Origin: Dehalococcoidia bacterium
GTDB lineage: Bacteria; Chloroflexota; Dehalococcoidia; Plut-88900
NCBI GenBank assembly: GCA_965207225.1
Contig: CBDBLV010000005.1
Location: forward strand, 1,568,001-1,632,000
Direction of reading: 5' to 3'
Length of the DNA stretch: 64,000 bases
Shown: positions 1 through 10,282 of the stretch, in pieces
Layout: the number at the start of each line of letters is the position of its first letter
Position numbering within the stretch: the stretch's first letter is position 1
Program-made: the position numbers and the translations under genes
Notes under the pieces: model-generated
Seen by the model: only the letters and a program-made list of their open reading frames with translations
Told to the model about the DNA's origin: nothing
Database searches by the model: none

Positions 1-1
1 G

Positions 2-1735
2 GTCCAACCCCTCAAGGAACGCACCCTCAGGATGTTCCTCCTGGCCTCGGTGTTGGGAGGCTCTCCCAGGGAGGTGGATGACAATGCAGAAGTGAGTGTC
101 GAGGTCAACCGGCGGGAGATGAGGATAAGCGGCATGCTGATGCGCTCCCTCCACCTGGTGAAATGGCCCCGCTCCCTGGCCCCGGGGTTCCTGCAGGCCC
201 TGATGATGACGGGCATCCCCATGGACATTTCGCTCCACATGGGAGCCATACCGGCGGACCAGGCCTCCCGAACCCTGGAATGGCAGAAGGTGCGGTTCGA
301 ATCGGCCCGTGCACTGTCATTCCGCAAGGGTAAGAGCCTGTCCCCCGAGGCGGAGATAGCCCTGGAGGACATCTCACGGCTCAGGGACGAGGTGCAGAGG
401 GGCAGGGAGCGGCTATTCCACTCGTCCCTCGCCATCACCCTTCATGCCCGAGACCGGAAGAACCTGGACGAGTACACCCAGAGGGCCAAGGCTCACTTCG
501 CCTCCGTCCTGGGCAGGCTTGACGGCCTCTCCTTCCGGCAGAGGGAGGGGCTCCTCTCTACCCTGCCGCTGGAGCTCAACGCCGTGTCCCTGTGGAGAAC
601 ATTGGACACCTCCAGCCTTGCTCGGCTGTTCCCCTTCTCTCCCCCCGACCTGGACACCCGGAGCGGCACTCTCTACGGGCTCGACCTCAGGGCCCGGGCG
701 CCCATCGTGTACGACCCCTGGGATGGCACCCACCTCAACGCCAACACCGCTGTACTGGCCCGCTCCGGATCGGGAAAGTCCTTTGCCACCAAGCTGGGGG
801 TGCTGAGGGGGATCTGCCGCGGTATCACAGCCTACGTTATAGACCCCGAGGGTGAGTACGCCGACATGGCCAGGGCGGCCGGGGGCAGGGTGCTCTCCCC
901 CGGCGTGCCGGGACAGGGCATGAACCCCTTCGTCATCGACCGTGAAGACGAGGAGGAGATGCTGCAGCGCATCGGCAGCCTCAGGCGTCTGATAGAGGTG
1001 ATGGTGGGAGAGAGGCTGGGCGCAGAGCGGAGGGCGTCCCTGGACCACGCCCTTGCGCGCTACTACGACCGGGCAGGTGAGAGGACGGGGTTCGGAGATT
1101 TCTACAAATACCTGGAGACCTACGACTCCGATGGGCTGGCGAAACTGTTGAGGCCATTCTCCACCGGGAGCCTGCGCCACCTGCTTTCGGACGAAGGGGA
1201 CGACCTGCTGCACAACGAGGCGCTGGTGACGGTGTTCGACCTGAGGCTCCTGGAGCCGGAGCTCCGACCCGCCGCCGCCATGGTCTGCACCGAGACGGTA
1301 TGGGCAGCTTCGGCCCGCGATCCGAGGCCCCGTCTGCTGGTGGTGGACGAGGTGTGGAGCATCATGCAGCACCCCGAGGGAGCGGCCTTCATGGTATCGA
1401 TGGCCAAGAGGGCCCGAAAGCACAGGCTGGGCCTGTCGTTCATCACCCAGGACGTCCAGGACCTCCTCAGCGAGGACACCTCCCGCACCATTACCGGGCA
1501 CTCAGGGAGAGCCCTCCTCCAGAACGCAGCCTTCAAGCTGCTGCTCCAGCAGGACGCCGCCGCCATCGGCACCGTGGGGGACGCCTTCGACCTGCCGGAG
1601 GAGTTGCAGAGGTGGCTGCTGTCGTGCCCCCGGGGCGACGGGCTGCTGCTGGCAAAGGGGGACCGGTTCCCGGTGCGCATTGAGGCCACGTCGGAGGAGA
1701 CGGCGATCATCGAGTGGAGGCCGGGCAGGCACTAG
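2..1735 (+). CDS. VirB4-like conjugation ATPase (5' partial)
   Basis: Walker A ARSGSGKS, IDPEGEY motif, Walker B LVVDEVW, ARKHRLGLSFITQ; frame is open from the window start. Confidence 0.85.
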   Translation, partial: VQPLKERTLRMFLLASVLGGSPREVDDNAEVSVEVNRREMRISGMLMRSLHLVKWPRSLAPGFLQALMMTGIPMDISLHMGAIPADQASRTLEWQKVRFESARALSFRKGKSLSPEAEIALEDISRLRDEVQRGRERLFHSSLAITLHARDRKNLDEYTQRAKAHFASVLGRLDGLSFRQREGLLSTLPLELNAVSLWRTLDTSSLARLFPFSPPDLDTRSGTLYGLDLRARAPIVYDPWDGTHLNANTAVLARSGSGKSFATKLGVLRGICRGITAYVIDPEGEYADMARAAGGRVLSPGVPGQGMNPFVIDREDEEEMLQRIGSLRRLIEVMVGERLGAERRASLDHALARYYDRAGERTGFGDFYKYLETYDSDGLAKLLRPFSTGSLRHLLSDEGDDLLHNEALVTVFDLRLLEPELRPAAAMVCTETVWAASARDPRPRLLVVDEVWSIMQHPEGAAFMVSMAKRARKHRLGLSFITQDVQDLLSEDTSRTITGHSGRALLQNAAFKLLLQQDAAAIGTVGDAFDLPEELQRWLLSCPRGDGLLLAKGDRFPVRIEATSEETAIIEWRPGRH

Positions 1736-1751
1736 AGGTTGGAGATTTGTC

Positions 1752-4346
1752 ATGCAGCTAAACCCCCTGAAACGTTTGACACGCAGGCCCCAAAGTCCCG
1801 AGCCCGTGCTTTTGGCGGTAACCCCACCCCGCACGGGGGAGCGCACACTGCTGGGGGTGGAGAACATGCTTTCCTCCATAGCCTTACCCAAGCCTTTCTC
1901 GCTGGAGCTGGCGGGAGACTCTCATGGGGTGACGCTCATGGCCCGCTGCCTGGACGGCGACGTGGTCAGGGACCAGATCGCGGCTCACTATCCCCAGGCC
2001 CGGATACGGGAGGTGTCGAAAGTGCAGGACCCGCTGCGACTCCGGGAAGACGATCAGGCCTGGGAGATGACCATCCGGTCGTCGGGTCCCGAGTACGTGC
2101 CGCTACGGCTGTTCAGGGACGGCGACCTGCTGGACCCCGGCTCCGATCCCCTCGTCGCCCTATTGGGCGCCCTCTCCGACCTCAATGAGGGAGAGCGGGT
2201 GGTGTCAAGGCTCCTGCTGCGCTCCCTGGGACCGGGGTGGTCGCGGCACCACATGGAAATGGCCCACGGCCAGACCGTCCCGCGTTCCCAACTCGTTCCC
2301 GGGCCTTACGCCCAACAACCTCGGGGTCCGGGTCTGGGGATGGTCGTTCTGGGACTCGTGGCCCTGGCTGCCTACCAGGGCTACACATGGTTCCACGCGG
2401 GTGAAGTTTTGAAGGCCGTGGTACTGGGACTGGGAGCCGTGGGACTCCTGGCCGTTGGAACATGGGCATGGCAACGTTGGAAAGATTCCCGCTCCCGGGT
2501 CTTTGACCCAGTGCTCATAAAGGAGAAGGTCTCCCGCACAGCCTTCGAGGCCGAGATACGGGTGACGGCCATCCTGCCGCAGAACTCGAGGGCACAGCGA
2601 GCCGGAGAACTGCTGGAGAAGATCGCATCAGCCTACCGGAACTACGACAACCCGGCCGGCGCCCGGTTCAGGGTGGGAAAGGCCAGACCTTTAGTTCCGG
2701 TTGCGGACCTCAATCCCACCGGGCCTGGACTGTTCGGCGCCCGGAGCATAATCGGGGTGCGTGAGGCAGCCTGCCTCTGGCATCCTCCTGGCGAAAAGGA
2801 TGAAACGCCCCTGGTGAGCCGGGCCGGGTCGAAGGTGCTGCTACCGGAGACCACCGGTATCGAGGAGGGCGCCCACGTCGGAGAGACCACGGACGGAACT
2901 CCCCGGAAGGTCCGGTTCTCCACGGATCTGTTGCGGCGACACCATCTCTACGTGGCCAGGACCCGCATGGGCAAGTCCACCCTAATGCACCACGTCGTCG
3001 CCCACAAGATGAGGGAGAAGTCGGAGGGCAGGGACGGTGACGCCATTGTCCTTATAGATCCCCACGCAGACCTGGTCGGCGGCCTGCTGGAGCACGTTCC
3101 CGAATCCCTGGTGGACCGGGTGCGCCTCATCGACTTGGCCGACGAGCGGGGAGCGCCCGGCATCAACCTCCTGGACACCCGCGTCTTCTCCGACCGTGAC
3201 CGCACCGCCGACTCTGTGGTGCGGGTGGCGCGGGGTCTCTGGGACCAGTGGGGGCCCAGGATGCAGTCCATACTGGAGCAGACGGTCAAGAGCCTGCATG
3301 AGGCCAACGAGCACCGCGAGGCAGGGGAGCAATACACTATCCTCGACGGGCTCAGGATTCTTTCCAACGACAAGTTCCGAAACAAGGTGCTGGAGAAGGT
3401 CAGCGATCCGTACCTGCTGGAATGGTGGGCCAGGGACTTCGCCGGCTGGCGGCGGGAGTACAAGGCCGAGGCACTGGCTCCCGTGCAGACCCGCCTCTCC
3501 TACTACGCCACATCCAAGCGGGCCCGTGCGGTGCTGGGCCAGTCCCGCTCCACCATCGACATGCGCAGGCTCATCCACGACGGAGGCGTGCTGCTGGTAT
3601 CCACGGCCCAGGGGAGCGTCGGCAGGGATGTCGCCGCGCTGGTCGGGGCGTCCCTGCTCAACCTGGTTGATGCGGTCGTCCGGGAGCAGGGGAGCCTGCC
3701 TTTGGAGAAGCGACGAGGCGCGCTGGTCGTGGTAGACGAGATGCAGTCCATGCCTGGCGTGGACTACGAGTCGATGCTCTCGGAGCTGGGCAAGTTCGGG
3801 GCTTCGTTCATCCTGGCCACCCAGAGCCTCGCGAAGCTGGACGACCTCTCCCGCACCATGCGGGATACCCTGCTGGCCAACGTGGGGTGTCTGGCCGTGT
3901 TCCAGGTGGCGGGCGGCGACGCGAGACAGCTTGTGTGGGAGCTGGGCCGTGACAGGCTTTCGGAGGAGGACATCACCTCCCTAGAGGTGCACCAGTGCTA
4001 TGTGAGGGCAACGGTAGGCAGGGAGCGGATACCTGCGTTCTCGATGAAAATCAGGAAACCGGAGTCCGGTGATCCCGCCGTTGCCGACGGTATTCGTTCG
4101 GAGGCCCAGGGATACGTAACCAAAGCGCGAGACATTGCAGAGAAGGACTCAGGTCTGCTCAAACTTGTGGAAGAGTACCGGGAGAAAATGGAGAACCTGA
4201 AGGAGGGCGAGAAGCCTTCGACGACGACTAAAGAGAAAGGGCCCACCCAATCCAAGAAAGACGCCCGTCACAAGGTGCGCTCCAAGCGGGACAAAGCAGA
4301 CAAGGCCCCGGTACCCAAGGGTTTGGAAGAGAGCGGCGTCCAGTGA
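1752..4346 (+). CDS. Type IV coupling protein (VirD4/TraG-like) with two TM helices
   Basis: RTRMGKST Walker A, IDPHADL, VVDEMQ Walker B, LATQSLAKL; hydrophobic segments in the N-terminal third; GGAG before ATG 1752. Confidence 0.8.
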   Translation: MQLNPLKRLTRRPQSPEPVLLAVTPPRTGERTLLGVENMLSSIALPKPFSLELAGDSHGVTLMARCLDGDVVRDQIAAHYPQARIREVSKVQDPLRLREDDQAWEMTIRSSGPEYVPLRLFRDGDLLDPGSDPLVALLGALSDLNEGERVVSRLLLRSLGPGWSRHHMEMAHGQTVPRSQLVPGPYAQQPRGPGLGMVVLGLVALAAYQGYTWFHAGEVLKAVVLGLGAVGLLAVGTWAWQRWKDSRSRVFDPVLIKEKVSRTAFEAEIRVTAILPQNSRAQRAGELLEKIASAYRNYDNPAGARFRVGKARPLVPVADLNPTGPGLFGARSIIGVREAACLWHPPGEKDETPLVSRAGSKVLLPETTGIEEGAHVGETTDGTPRKVRFSTDLLRRHHLYVARTRMGKSTLMHHVVAHKMREKSEGRDGDAIVLIDPHADLVGGLLEHVPESLVDRVRLIDLADERGAPGINLLDTRVFSDRDRTADSVVRVARGLWDQWGPRMQSILEQTVKSLHEANEHREAGEQYTILDGLRILSNDKFRNKVLEKVSDPYLLEWWARDFAGWRREYKAEALAPVQTRLSYYATSKRARAVLGQSRSTIDMRRLIHDGGVLLVSTAQGSVGRDVAALVGASLLNLVDAVVREQGSLPLEKRRGALVVVDEMQSMPGVDYESMLSELGKFGASFILATQSLAKLDDLSRTMRDTLLANVGCLAVFQVAGGDARQLVWELGRDRLSEEDITSLEVHQCYVRATVGRERIPAFSMKIRKPESGDPAVADGIRSEAQGYVTKARDIAEKDSGLLKLVEEYREKMENLKEGEKPSTTTKEKGPTQSKKDARHKVRSKRDKADKAPVPKGLEESGVQ

Positions 4347-6007
4347 GACCCCTGGATGAGGAACTGCTCGGCCTTCTATCCCGGATGCCCTTCGTCGATC
4401 GGCTGGAAGCCGCGATTGTCTCGGGCTGGTCGAGGGGGGCGGTATACGGGGCGGTGTCCCACATGAAGGAGACGGGGCTGCTATCAGCGGTTCCGCACGC
4501 CACAGTTCTCACGGCTGCGACCGGCAGGTATTGCCTCACCGCGTCCGGGTTGCACCGGCTGGCAAAACGGGAAGGAATAGCCATTGACGAGTTACTTCGT
4601 TCTCGTCCCGTGTCAGACTGGTGGCGGCGCCTGCTCCTTGAGCGCCTGGACAGCGTGGCCACTATCTACCGGCTGGTCTCCACGGTAACCGACATAGCCC
4701 ATCCCCTAAAGTTCAGGTGGTACAGGGCAATGCCGATGGACGCCGGCCTCTTTCTCCCTGGGGACCGCACCATCGCCGTGGTGCGTCAGGGACACACTTC
4801 CGACAGGACGGGGTTCTCCAAGCGGCTTTGGAGGCTCCGTGAAGCTACCCGACCGGACGGCATTCTCCTTCTGGCGCCCGATGAGACCAGGCTACGCCAT
4901 TCCAGGAGGATCCTGGCGGGAAATTCCGCCCCCTCGTTCCTGGCCGTCGAGACGAAGGTAGCCCTCGCCGGGGCTGATGATCCGGTGTGGTACTTGTCCT
5001 CCGTGAACGCCTCCATAAGTCTCAGAGATGCTATTGACCACATGGGGTGGGGAGGAACCCTCCCGGTTGAAAGGCCGCTCACCCGGATTCGTCCACCCGA
5101 TAAGCTCAGAATTGAAGCGAGGGGCACCAGCACTCCCGACTTCATGCTCCCCGCTCTCCTAAAGCCCACCGAGAAACGCGCCCTCGATGTCGTATCCGAC
5201 TGGCCATGGATCTCACTGGATGAACTGTCGGGGCTGCTGGGCCTGTCCCGTACCCGCGCCAATCACCTCATTTCAGCCCTTGAAACCTTCGGATTGGTGA
5301 CTAGGGTCCCGGCGGGAGGGCGACGCCTCACCATAACCGACCGAGGGCTATCCGTTCTGGCTCGCCGGGACCGGACGTCAGTCGGGTGGGCGAAGACGCG
5401 GTGGAGTTCAGCTCCCAACGATGCCGACAACTGGCGCAGCGTCTCAGGAAGGCGGAGCCGCCAGCTATTACGGAACATGGAGCACACGGAATCCGTCCAC
5501 GCGTTCCTGGCGGCCCTGGCTCAGCAGGCACGGGCGCAGGGCTGGGAAATTCTGCAGCTAGATCCGCCAAAGAGGGCTTCACGATATTTTCGGTATTTCG
5601 GCAGTCTGCGCTCGATCCAGCCTGACGCCTTCGGCATTTTGCGGCGAGGAGGAGTGGTCAGGCCGTTCTTCCTTGAGTGGGAACGCAGGGCCGTGCGTCC
5701 GGGGACAATGGCTGACCGCCTAGCCCCCTATATCCGCTACTACTCCACGCGGCGGCCATTGGACGATCACGGCGTCATGCCTGCCATAATGGTGGTATTG
5801 CACGATGAACTAACGGCGAGCCACTTTCTGAGGGCGGCAAAGCAGGAGATGGAGCAAACTATGACTGCCGTTCCCCTGCTTGTCTCCGACGTGCAACTAT
5901 TGAACCGGGCAGGTCCGTTGCAGCGGGTATGGTCGACTCCGAGCCACGGGAAAGCTGTCACGCTAGTACAGGTGGCGAGACTCTCAATACCCCTTGCGGT
6001 CAGCTAG
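4343..6007 (+). CDS. Replication-relaxation (Replic_Relax/MOB_C-like) relaxase, internally duplicated
   Basis: wHTH segments plus IQPDAFG...FFLEWER PD-(D/E)xK-like motif; GTGA overlap with the T4CP stop. Confidence 0.7.
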   Translation: MRPLDEELLGLLSRMPFVDRLEAAIVSGWSRGAVYGAVSHMKETGLLSAVPHATVLTAATGRYCLTASGLHRLAKREGIAIDELLRSRPVSDWWRRLLLERLDSVATIYRLVSTVTDIAHPLKFRWYRAMPMDAGLFLPGDRTIAVVRQGHTSDRTGFSKRLWRLREATRPDGILLLAPDETRLRHSRRILAGNSAPSFLAVETKVALAGADDPVWYLSSVNASISLRDAIDHMGWGGTLPVERPLTRIRPPDKLRIEARGTSTPDFMLPALLKPTEKRALDVVSDWPWISLDELSGLLGLSRTRANHLISALETFGLVTRVPAGGRRLTITDRGLSVLARRDRTSVGWAKTRWSSAPNDADNWRSVSGRRSRQLLRNMEHTESVHAFLAALAQQARAQGWEILQLDPPKRASRYFRYFGSLRSIQPDAFGILRRGGVVRPFFLEWERRAVRPGTMADRLAPYIRYYSTRRPLDDHGVMPAIMVVLHDELTASHFLRAAKQEMEQTMTAVPLLVSDVQLLNRAGPLQRVWSTPSHGKAVTLVQVARLSIPLAVS

Positions 6008-6258
6008 AGGATTGAGTCTGAACCACAAACCTCAGTTCATTGATGCGCCTGATACACTGTCAACAATACTCAAGCCGCCGACGAGGCCCTGTACTAGGTG
6101 TTGAAGCGCCCTTCACTCTGCCGAATTTGCCGCTCTAGGTAGTTCATAGGGCGGTCAGCACCTAGCCTGAATGCTCCTATAGCACTCCGCACAAACGCAT
6201 ACCTCAAGTCGATGGCACACCACCGCAGGACGATCTCAGAGAAAGCCATTGGGAGACC

Positions 6259-6501
6259 ATGAATGCCGACAAGAGGATCAAACGCTCAGCGAACATAGTC
6301 TCCGATCACTTCAGGGCCCGTGCGTATCCCGAAAGCTACCTGCCTTTGTTGACCCAAATCATGTTGATGGAAGGTACCACATTCCACCGGGTCCCGTTGG
6401 TTGACGATGTACGCACGGTTGCCTATGAAGCATTTCGCTTGTCGGTAGATGCTTCGAAGCTCCTGGGCCGGCCAGTGCACCACTCCCGGTCGGTAAACTA
6501 G
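6259..6501 (+). CDS. Small hypothetical protein
   Basis: 80-aa ORF with GGGAG before ATG. Confidence 0.4.
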   Translation: MNADKRIKRSANIVSDHFRARAYPESYLPLLTQIMLMEGTTFHRVPLVDDVRTVAYEAFRLSVDASKLLGRPVHHSRSVN

Positions 6502-6583
6502 GCCTGCCGCATGGCCCTCGGGCTTCAACGGGACGAAGAAGTCTCTAGAATGGAATAACTGCCTAAGAAGGAACTACCAAGCC

Positions 6584-7330
6584 GTGATAATGAATAAACT
6601 CTTTCAACAGCTGCAGGCAGCATCTCTTGGTGTCTGTGCTGTGTCGCTGGACCAGAGGATCGTGTTCTGGAACCGCAAAGCGGAGCGTATCCTGGGCCTC
6701 TTGTCTCGGGATGTGGTGGGTCGCAGGTGTAACGACGTGATGAAGGGACACGAGTCGTGCGGCCTCACGCCCGAGTGTGCAAACGGCTGCTCGTCAATGC
6801 GCTACCTGCGCTCCGGCTTGATCCCGCCGCCGACCCAGGCAAGAATGGTGACCTCCTCCGGCCAGCGCAAGTGGGTGTCCATCAACCCCGCGGTGGTCTC
6901 CACCCCGCTAGAGGGCGGCCCGTTCCTGCTCTATCTCTTCGCGGAGATAGGGGAGACGGAAGTCTCTCATTCCGCCCACGACGCTGCCAGCGCTTTTGAC
7001 CACGATGAGGGCTCCAATATTGGGGAATGCTTACTGGAATCGCGACCGGATGGGAGAGAGGGAGCATTTCTGTCCCGGCGTGAGCAGGAAGTGCTGCGCC
7101 TCGTGGCCTTGGGCTGGGAGACGACACGGATTGCCAACCAGCTCAACATCAGCCAATACACGGTCCGTAACCACATCCGCAACCTGCGCAACAAGCTGAG
7201 CGCATCCACAAAGCTGGATGCTGTGGTCAAAGGCCTTCGCTTGGGCATCATCTCTGTCGGGAGCCCTGCCCAGTACCAGTCCTTTCTTACGTGTGTATCG
7301 CTTGGGCTCTGCCGACGAGGTGGTTCCTGA
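6584..7330 (+). CDS. PAS-domain LuxR-family transcriptional regulator
   Basis: N-terminal PAS (RIVFWNRKAERILG...VVGRRC), C-terminal LSRREQEVLRLVALG...TVRNHIRNLRNKL. Confidence 0.9.
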   Translation: MIMNKLFQQLQAASLGVCAVSLDQRIVFWNRKAERILGLLSRDVVGRRCNDVMKGHESCGLTPECANGCSSMRYLRSGLIPPPTQARMVTSSGQRKWVSINPAVVSTPLEGGPFLLYLFAEIGETEVSHSAHDAASAFDHDEGSNIGECLLESRPDGREGAFLSRREQEVLRLVALGWETTRIANQLNISQYTVRNHIRNLRNKLSASTKLDAVVKGLRLGIISVGSPAQYQSFLTCVSLGLCRRGGS

Positions 7331-7374
7331 TTCGTGCTGAGAGCTCCCGAGGACGTCCAATATGGGGACCTGCA

Positions 7375-7572
7375 ATGGAGAGTCTTCCAATGCTTTTCCT
7401 CTTTACTCCGCTCATCGTCCTTACGATGTTGGCCGTCAACGCGCTCGGATTTGGCGAAACCTGGGTGGCGGTATCTGGCGTAGTGATGGCTCTCATGTTC
7501 AGCAGTACGATTTCGGAGCCTGTCAGGCAATTCGTTCTTGATCTAGGGAATCTCTCTACAGATCGCAATTAG
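7375..7572 (+). CDS. Small protein with two predicted TM helices
   Basis: Two hydrophobic stretches in 65 aa, directly upstream of the next ORF. Confidence 0.4.
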   Translation: MESLPMLFLFTPLIVLTMLAVNALGFGETWVAVSGVVMALMFSSTISEPVRQFVLDLGNLSTDRN

Positions 7573-7593
7573 CCTACTGGAGGCGCATCGAGC

Positions 7594-8508
7594 ATGACAT
7601 TAAACTGGGAACAAAGTAAGAGTGGACTCTTCACCCCGACCGATGTCCCGTCTCCGCCTAATGGTTTGCCTATTCCCCCTACTGATGCTCCTGTGGTCCA
7701 ATTTCTTCTAGAAAATCTCATCACAGATTGGTCCATTAATAACTGGGAAACCGTGTGGTATTCACCAATCTACGAGGACGTGTCAAACGTCTGGTCCGTG
7801 ACAATGAAGGGCATAGACATCCTGAGGGCTGACGGATTCGCCAATACTGGTAAGGCGATCGTGGTGTCCCAGATGATGGCCAGGGGACTCTCACTGACCA
7901 GGACAGCCTGCTGGGCAATGGCCGTCGGAAGTCCTATGGATGCATTGGCTTGCTACAGGATGCTATATGACCGGGCGTTGACACTCCAATTGCTGGACAG
8001 GAAGGCGCAGTATCAAGAGTTCGAGAAGTACTGCTGGGCAGAGGCCTACTTCTGGCTCTCCGATGCGGCGTCTTTGCAGCTATGGCGTACACAAGCCACC
8101 CGGCAAGAGATTCAGTCCCACAAGGATAGACAAACGAAGATTAGGAAAAAATACTTTGGCGGTCTTGTACCCAAGAGGCCGGGTACATACTGGAACCCCC
8201 CAAGGTCAGAGGAGTTGGTGGAAGGATTCTCGCTTCATCCCCTCGGATTGTCAGAACCAAAGAACAGCGAGCTTCTAAAGGCAATGAAACGGCTATACGA
8301 GCTCGGGAGCAAAGCCGTTCACCCCAGGATAGGGGATATGGTGGAGACCGAGGAGCTCGGTTGGTCCCCAGACTCGAAGGAGTGCATGGACCTCATTCTA
8401 ATGGCCCTAACTTCTCTGACCACATTCGGTCTTTCCCGCTTCTCCAAAACTGAATTCCTGGCGAGAAGGATTGCAGCCCTGGCCGTCAGCCACAGCAAAA
8501 GAACCTAG
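7594..8508 (+). CDS. DUF5677/HEPN-like helical protein
   Basis: ALACYRMLYD and LYELGSKAVHP motifs reminiscent of DUF5677; GGAGG RBS. Confidence 0.55.
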   Translation: MTLNWEQSKSGLFTPTDVPSPPNGLPIPPTDAPVVQFLLENLITDWSINNWETVWYSPIYEDVSNVWSVTMKGIDILRADGFANTGKAIVVSQMMARGLSLTRTACWAMAVGSPMDALACYRMLYDRALTLQLLDRKAQYQEFEKYCWAEAYFWLSDAASLQLWRTQATRQEIQSHKDRQTKIRKKYFGGLVPKRPGTYWNPPRSEELVEGFSLHPLGLSEPKNSELLKAMKRLYELGSKAVHPRIGDMVETEELGWSPDSKECMDLILMALTSLTTFGLSRFSKTEFLARRIAALAVSHSKRT

Positions 8509-8524
8509 AAGCCAGGAGGTCACT

Positions 8525-10282
8525 GTGTATCAGACTGGCGACACCATCAAGAAGACCCTCGACGAGATATACAGGCATGACCTTGTACTGCCCGCCATCC
8601 AACGTGAGTTCGTCTGGCAGCCCGAGCAGATATGTCGCCTCTTCGATAGCCTCATGCAGGGTTACCCATTTGGCACCTTTCTCTACTGGCGTGTTGCTCC
8701 CGAGAACAGTGGCAAGTTCAAGTTCTTCGACTTCGTTCGCAACTACCACCAGCGCGACAATCCCCACTGCCCACCTCTCCCTGAAATGCCGAACCGGCAG
8801 CTGACTGCAGTGCTCGACGGACAGCAGCGTCTGACTGCTCTCAATATCGGGCTTCGAGGAAGCATCGCACGGAAGTTGCCTTACAGGTGGTGGAACAGTC
8901 CCGGTGCCTTCCCCACGAGGAGGCTGTACCTGGACCTCCTGTGGCAGCCGGACGAAGATGACGAGGATGGGTTGAGGTATCGGTTCAGTTTTCTGACTGA
9001 CGAGCAGTCCAGTGATTCCCAGGGCGATGTGTGTTGGTTTCCGGTGGGGGAAGTCCTATCCCTAAAGAACGCCGGCCCTGCCATGAGCCAGTGGCTCAAC
9101 GAAAGGCTCCCACAGGAACAGGTGACGCCCGCCTTCGAAGCGCTCTACCAACTCTACGAGGTCGTGCACAGTAAGCATCTCGTTGCCTACTACGAGGAGA
9201 CAGGGCAAGAGTTGGATAAGGCCCTACAGATCTTCATCCGCATGAACGACGGGGGAACGCCTCTCTCTCATTCCGACCTGTTGCTATCCATTGCCATAGC
9301 TCAGTGGACCGACCACGACGCCCGGCAGGAGATTCACGACCTGGTCGATGAACTGAACCACATTGGTGTTGGATTCACTTTCTCCAAGGACCTCGTTCTC
9401 AAGGCCGGTCTAATGCTGAGCGACATTGGCAGGGTCGGGTTCAAAGTGGACAACTTCAACCGGGAGAACATGCACACCTTCGAGAGCAAATGGGACAACA
9501 TCAAGCGGGCTCTCATGCTGACCGTCCAGCTGGTGTCCTCTTTTGGATTCACCGGGCACAGCCTGACGGCCCACAACTCGATTCTGCCCATCGCCTACTA
9601 TCTCTATGCGAAAGACCCAGGGGACTCATTCCTTACCAACAGCAGATTTGAGCAGGACAGAAAGAGAATCCATCAATGGCTTATCAGGAGCCTGCTCAAG
9701 TCAGGCGTCTGGGGCAGTGGGTTGGACACACTCCTTACTGACCTGAGACGAGCCATCAGCCGGAGTGGCACGGGAGCATTTCCCGTCGACAGTATTCGTG
9801 AAGCGATGGCAAGGAGGGGAAGACAGTTGGTCTTCGACGACGAAGAGATTGAGGACCTCGCAGACATGCGGTACGGGGACAGGTTGACCTTCGCGCTGCT
9901 GTCATTGCTCTTCCCATTCGTTGATCTGCGAAATCAGTTCCACGTAGACCACATCTTCCCGGCGGCAAGGTTCACCGATAGCAAGTTGAGGGGTGACAGT
10001 GTTCCAGACGAAAAGATAGGCGCCTTCAAGGACATGAAGGACCGACTAGCCAATCTCCAACTGCTCCAGGGAGCCCTGAACATCGAAAAGAATGCGACTA
10101 TGCCTGCCGAGTGGCTGGCACAGACGCATAGCAACGAGACTTCCAGGCGTGAATATGAAGAGCGACATCTTCTGGGCCATGTACCTGACTCGATTGGACA
10201 ATTCGACAGTTTCTACGACAAGAGGAGAGAACGGCTGAAGGACAGAATAAGACAACTTCTGGGTAGGCATGCGCCACTGTGA
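8525..10282 (+). CDS. GmrSD-type restriction protein (DUF262 + HNH/DUF1524)
   Basis: LPAIQREFVW, LDGQQRLT, FIRMNDGGTPL, VDHIFP, LANLQLL motifs; AGGAGG before GTG 8525. Confidence 0.9.
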   Translation: MYQTGDTIKKTLDEIYRHDLVLPAIQREFVWQPEQICRLFDSLMQGYPFGTFLYWRVAPENSGKFKFFDFVRNYHQRDNPHCPPLPEMPNRQLTAVLDGQQRLTALNIGLRGSIARKLPYRWWNSPGAFPTRRLYLDLLWQPDEDDEDGLRYRFSFLTDEQSSDSQGDVCWFPVGEVLSLKNAGPAMSQWLNERLPQEQVTPAFEALYQLYEVVHSKHLVAYYEETGQELDKALQIFIRMNDGGTPLSHSDLLLSIAIAQWTDHDARQEIHDLVDELNHIGVGFTFSKDLVLKAGLMLSDIGRVGFKVDNFNRENMHTFESKWDNIKRALMLTVQLVSSFGFTGHSLTAHNSILPIAYYLYAKDPGDSFLTNSRFEQDRKRIHQWLIRSLLKSGVWGSGLDTLLTDLRRAISRSGTGAFPVDSIREAMARRGRQLVFDDEEIEDLADMRYGDRLTFALLSLLFPFVDLRNQFHVDHIFPAARFTDSKLRGDSVPDEKIGAFKDMKDRLANLQLLQGALNIEKNATMPAEWLAQTHSNETSRREYEERHLLGHVPDSIGQFDSFYDKRRERLKDRIRQLLGRHAPL

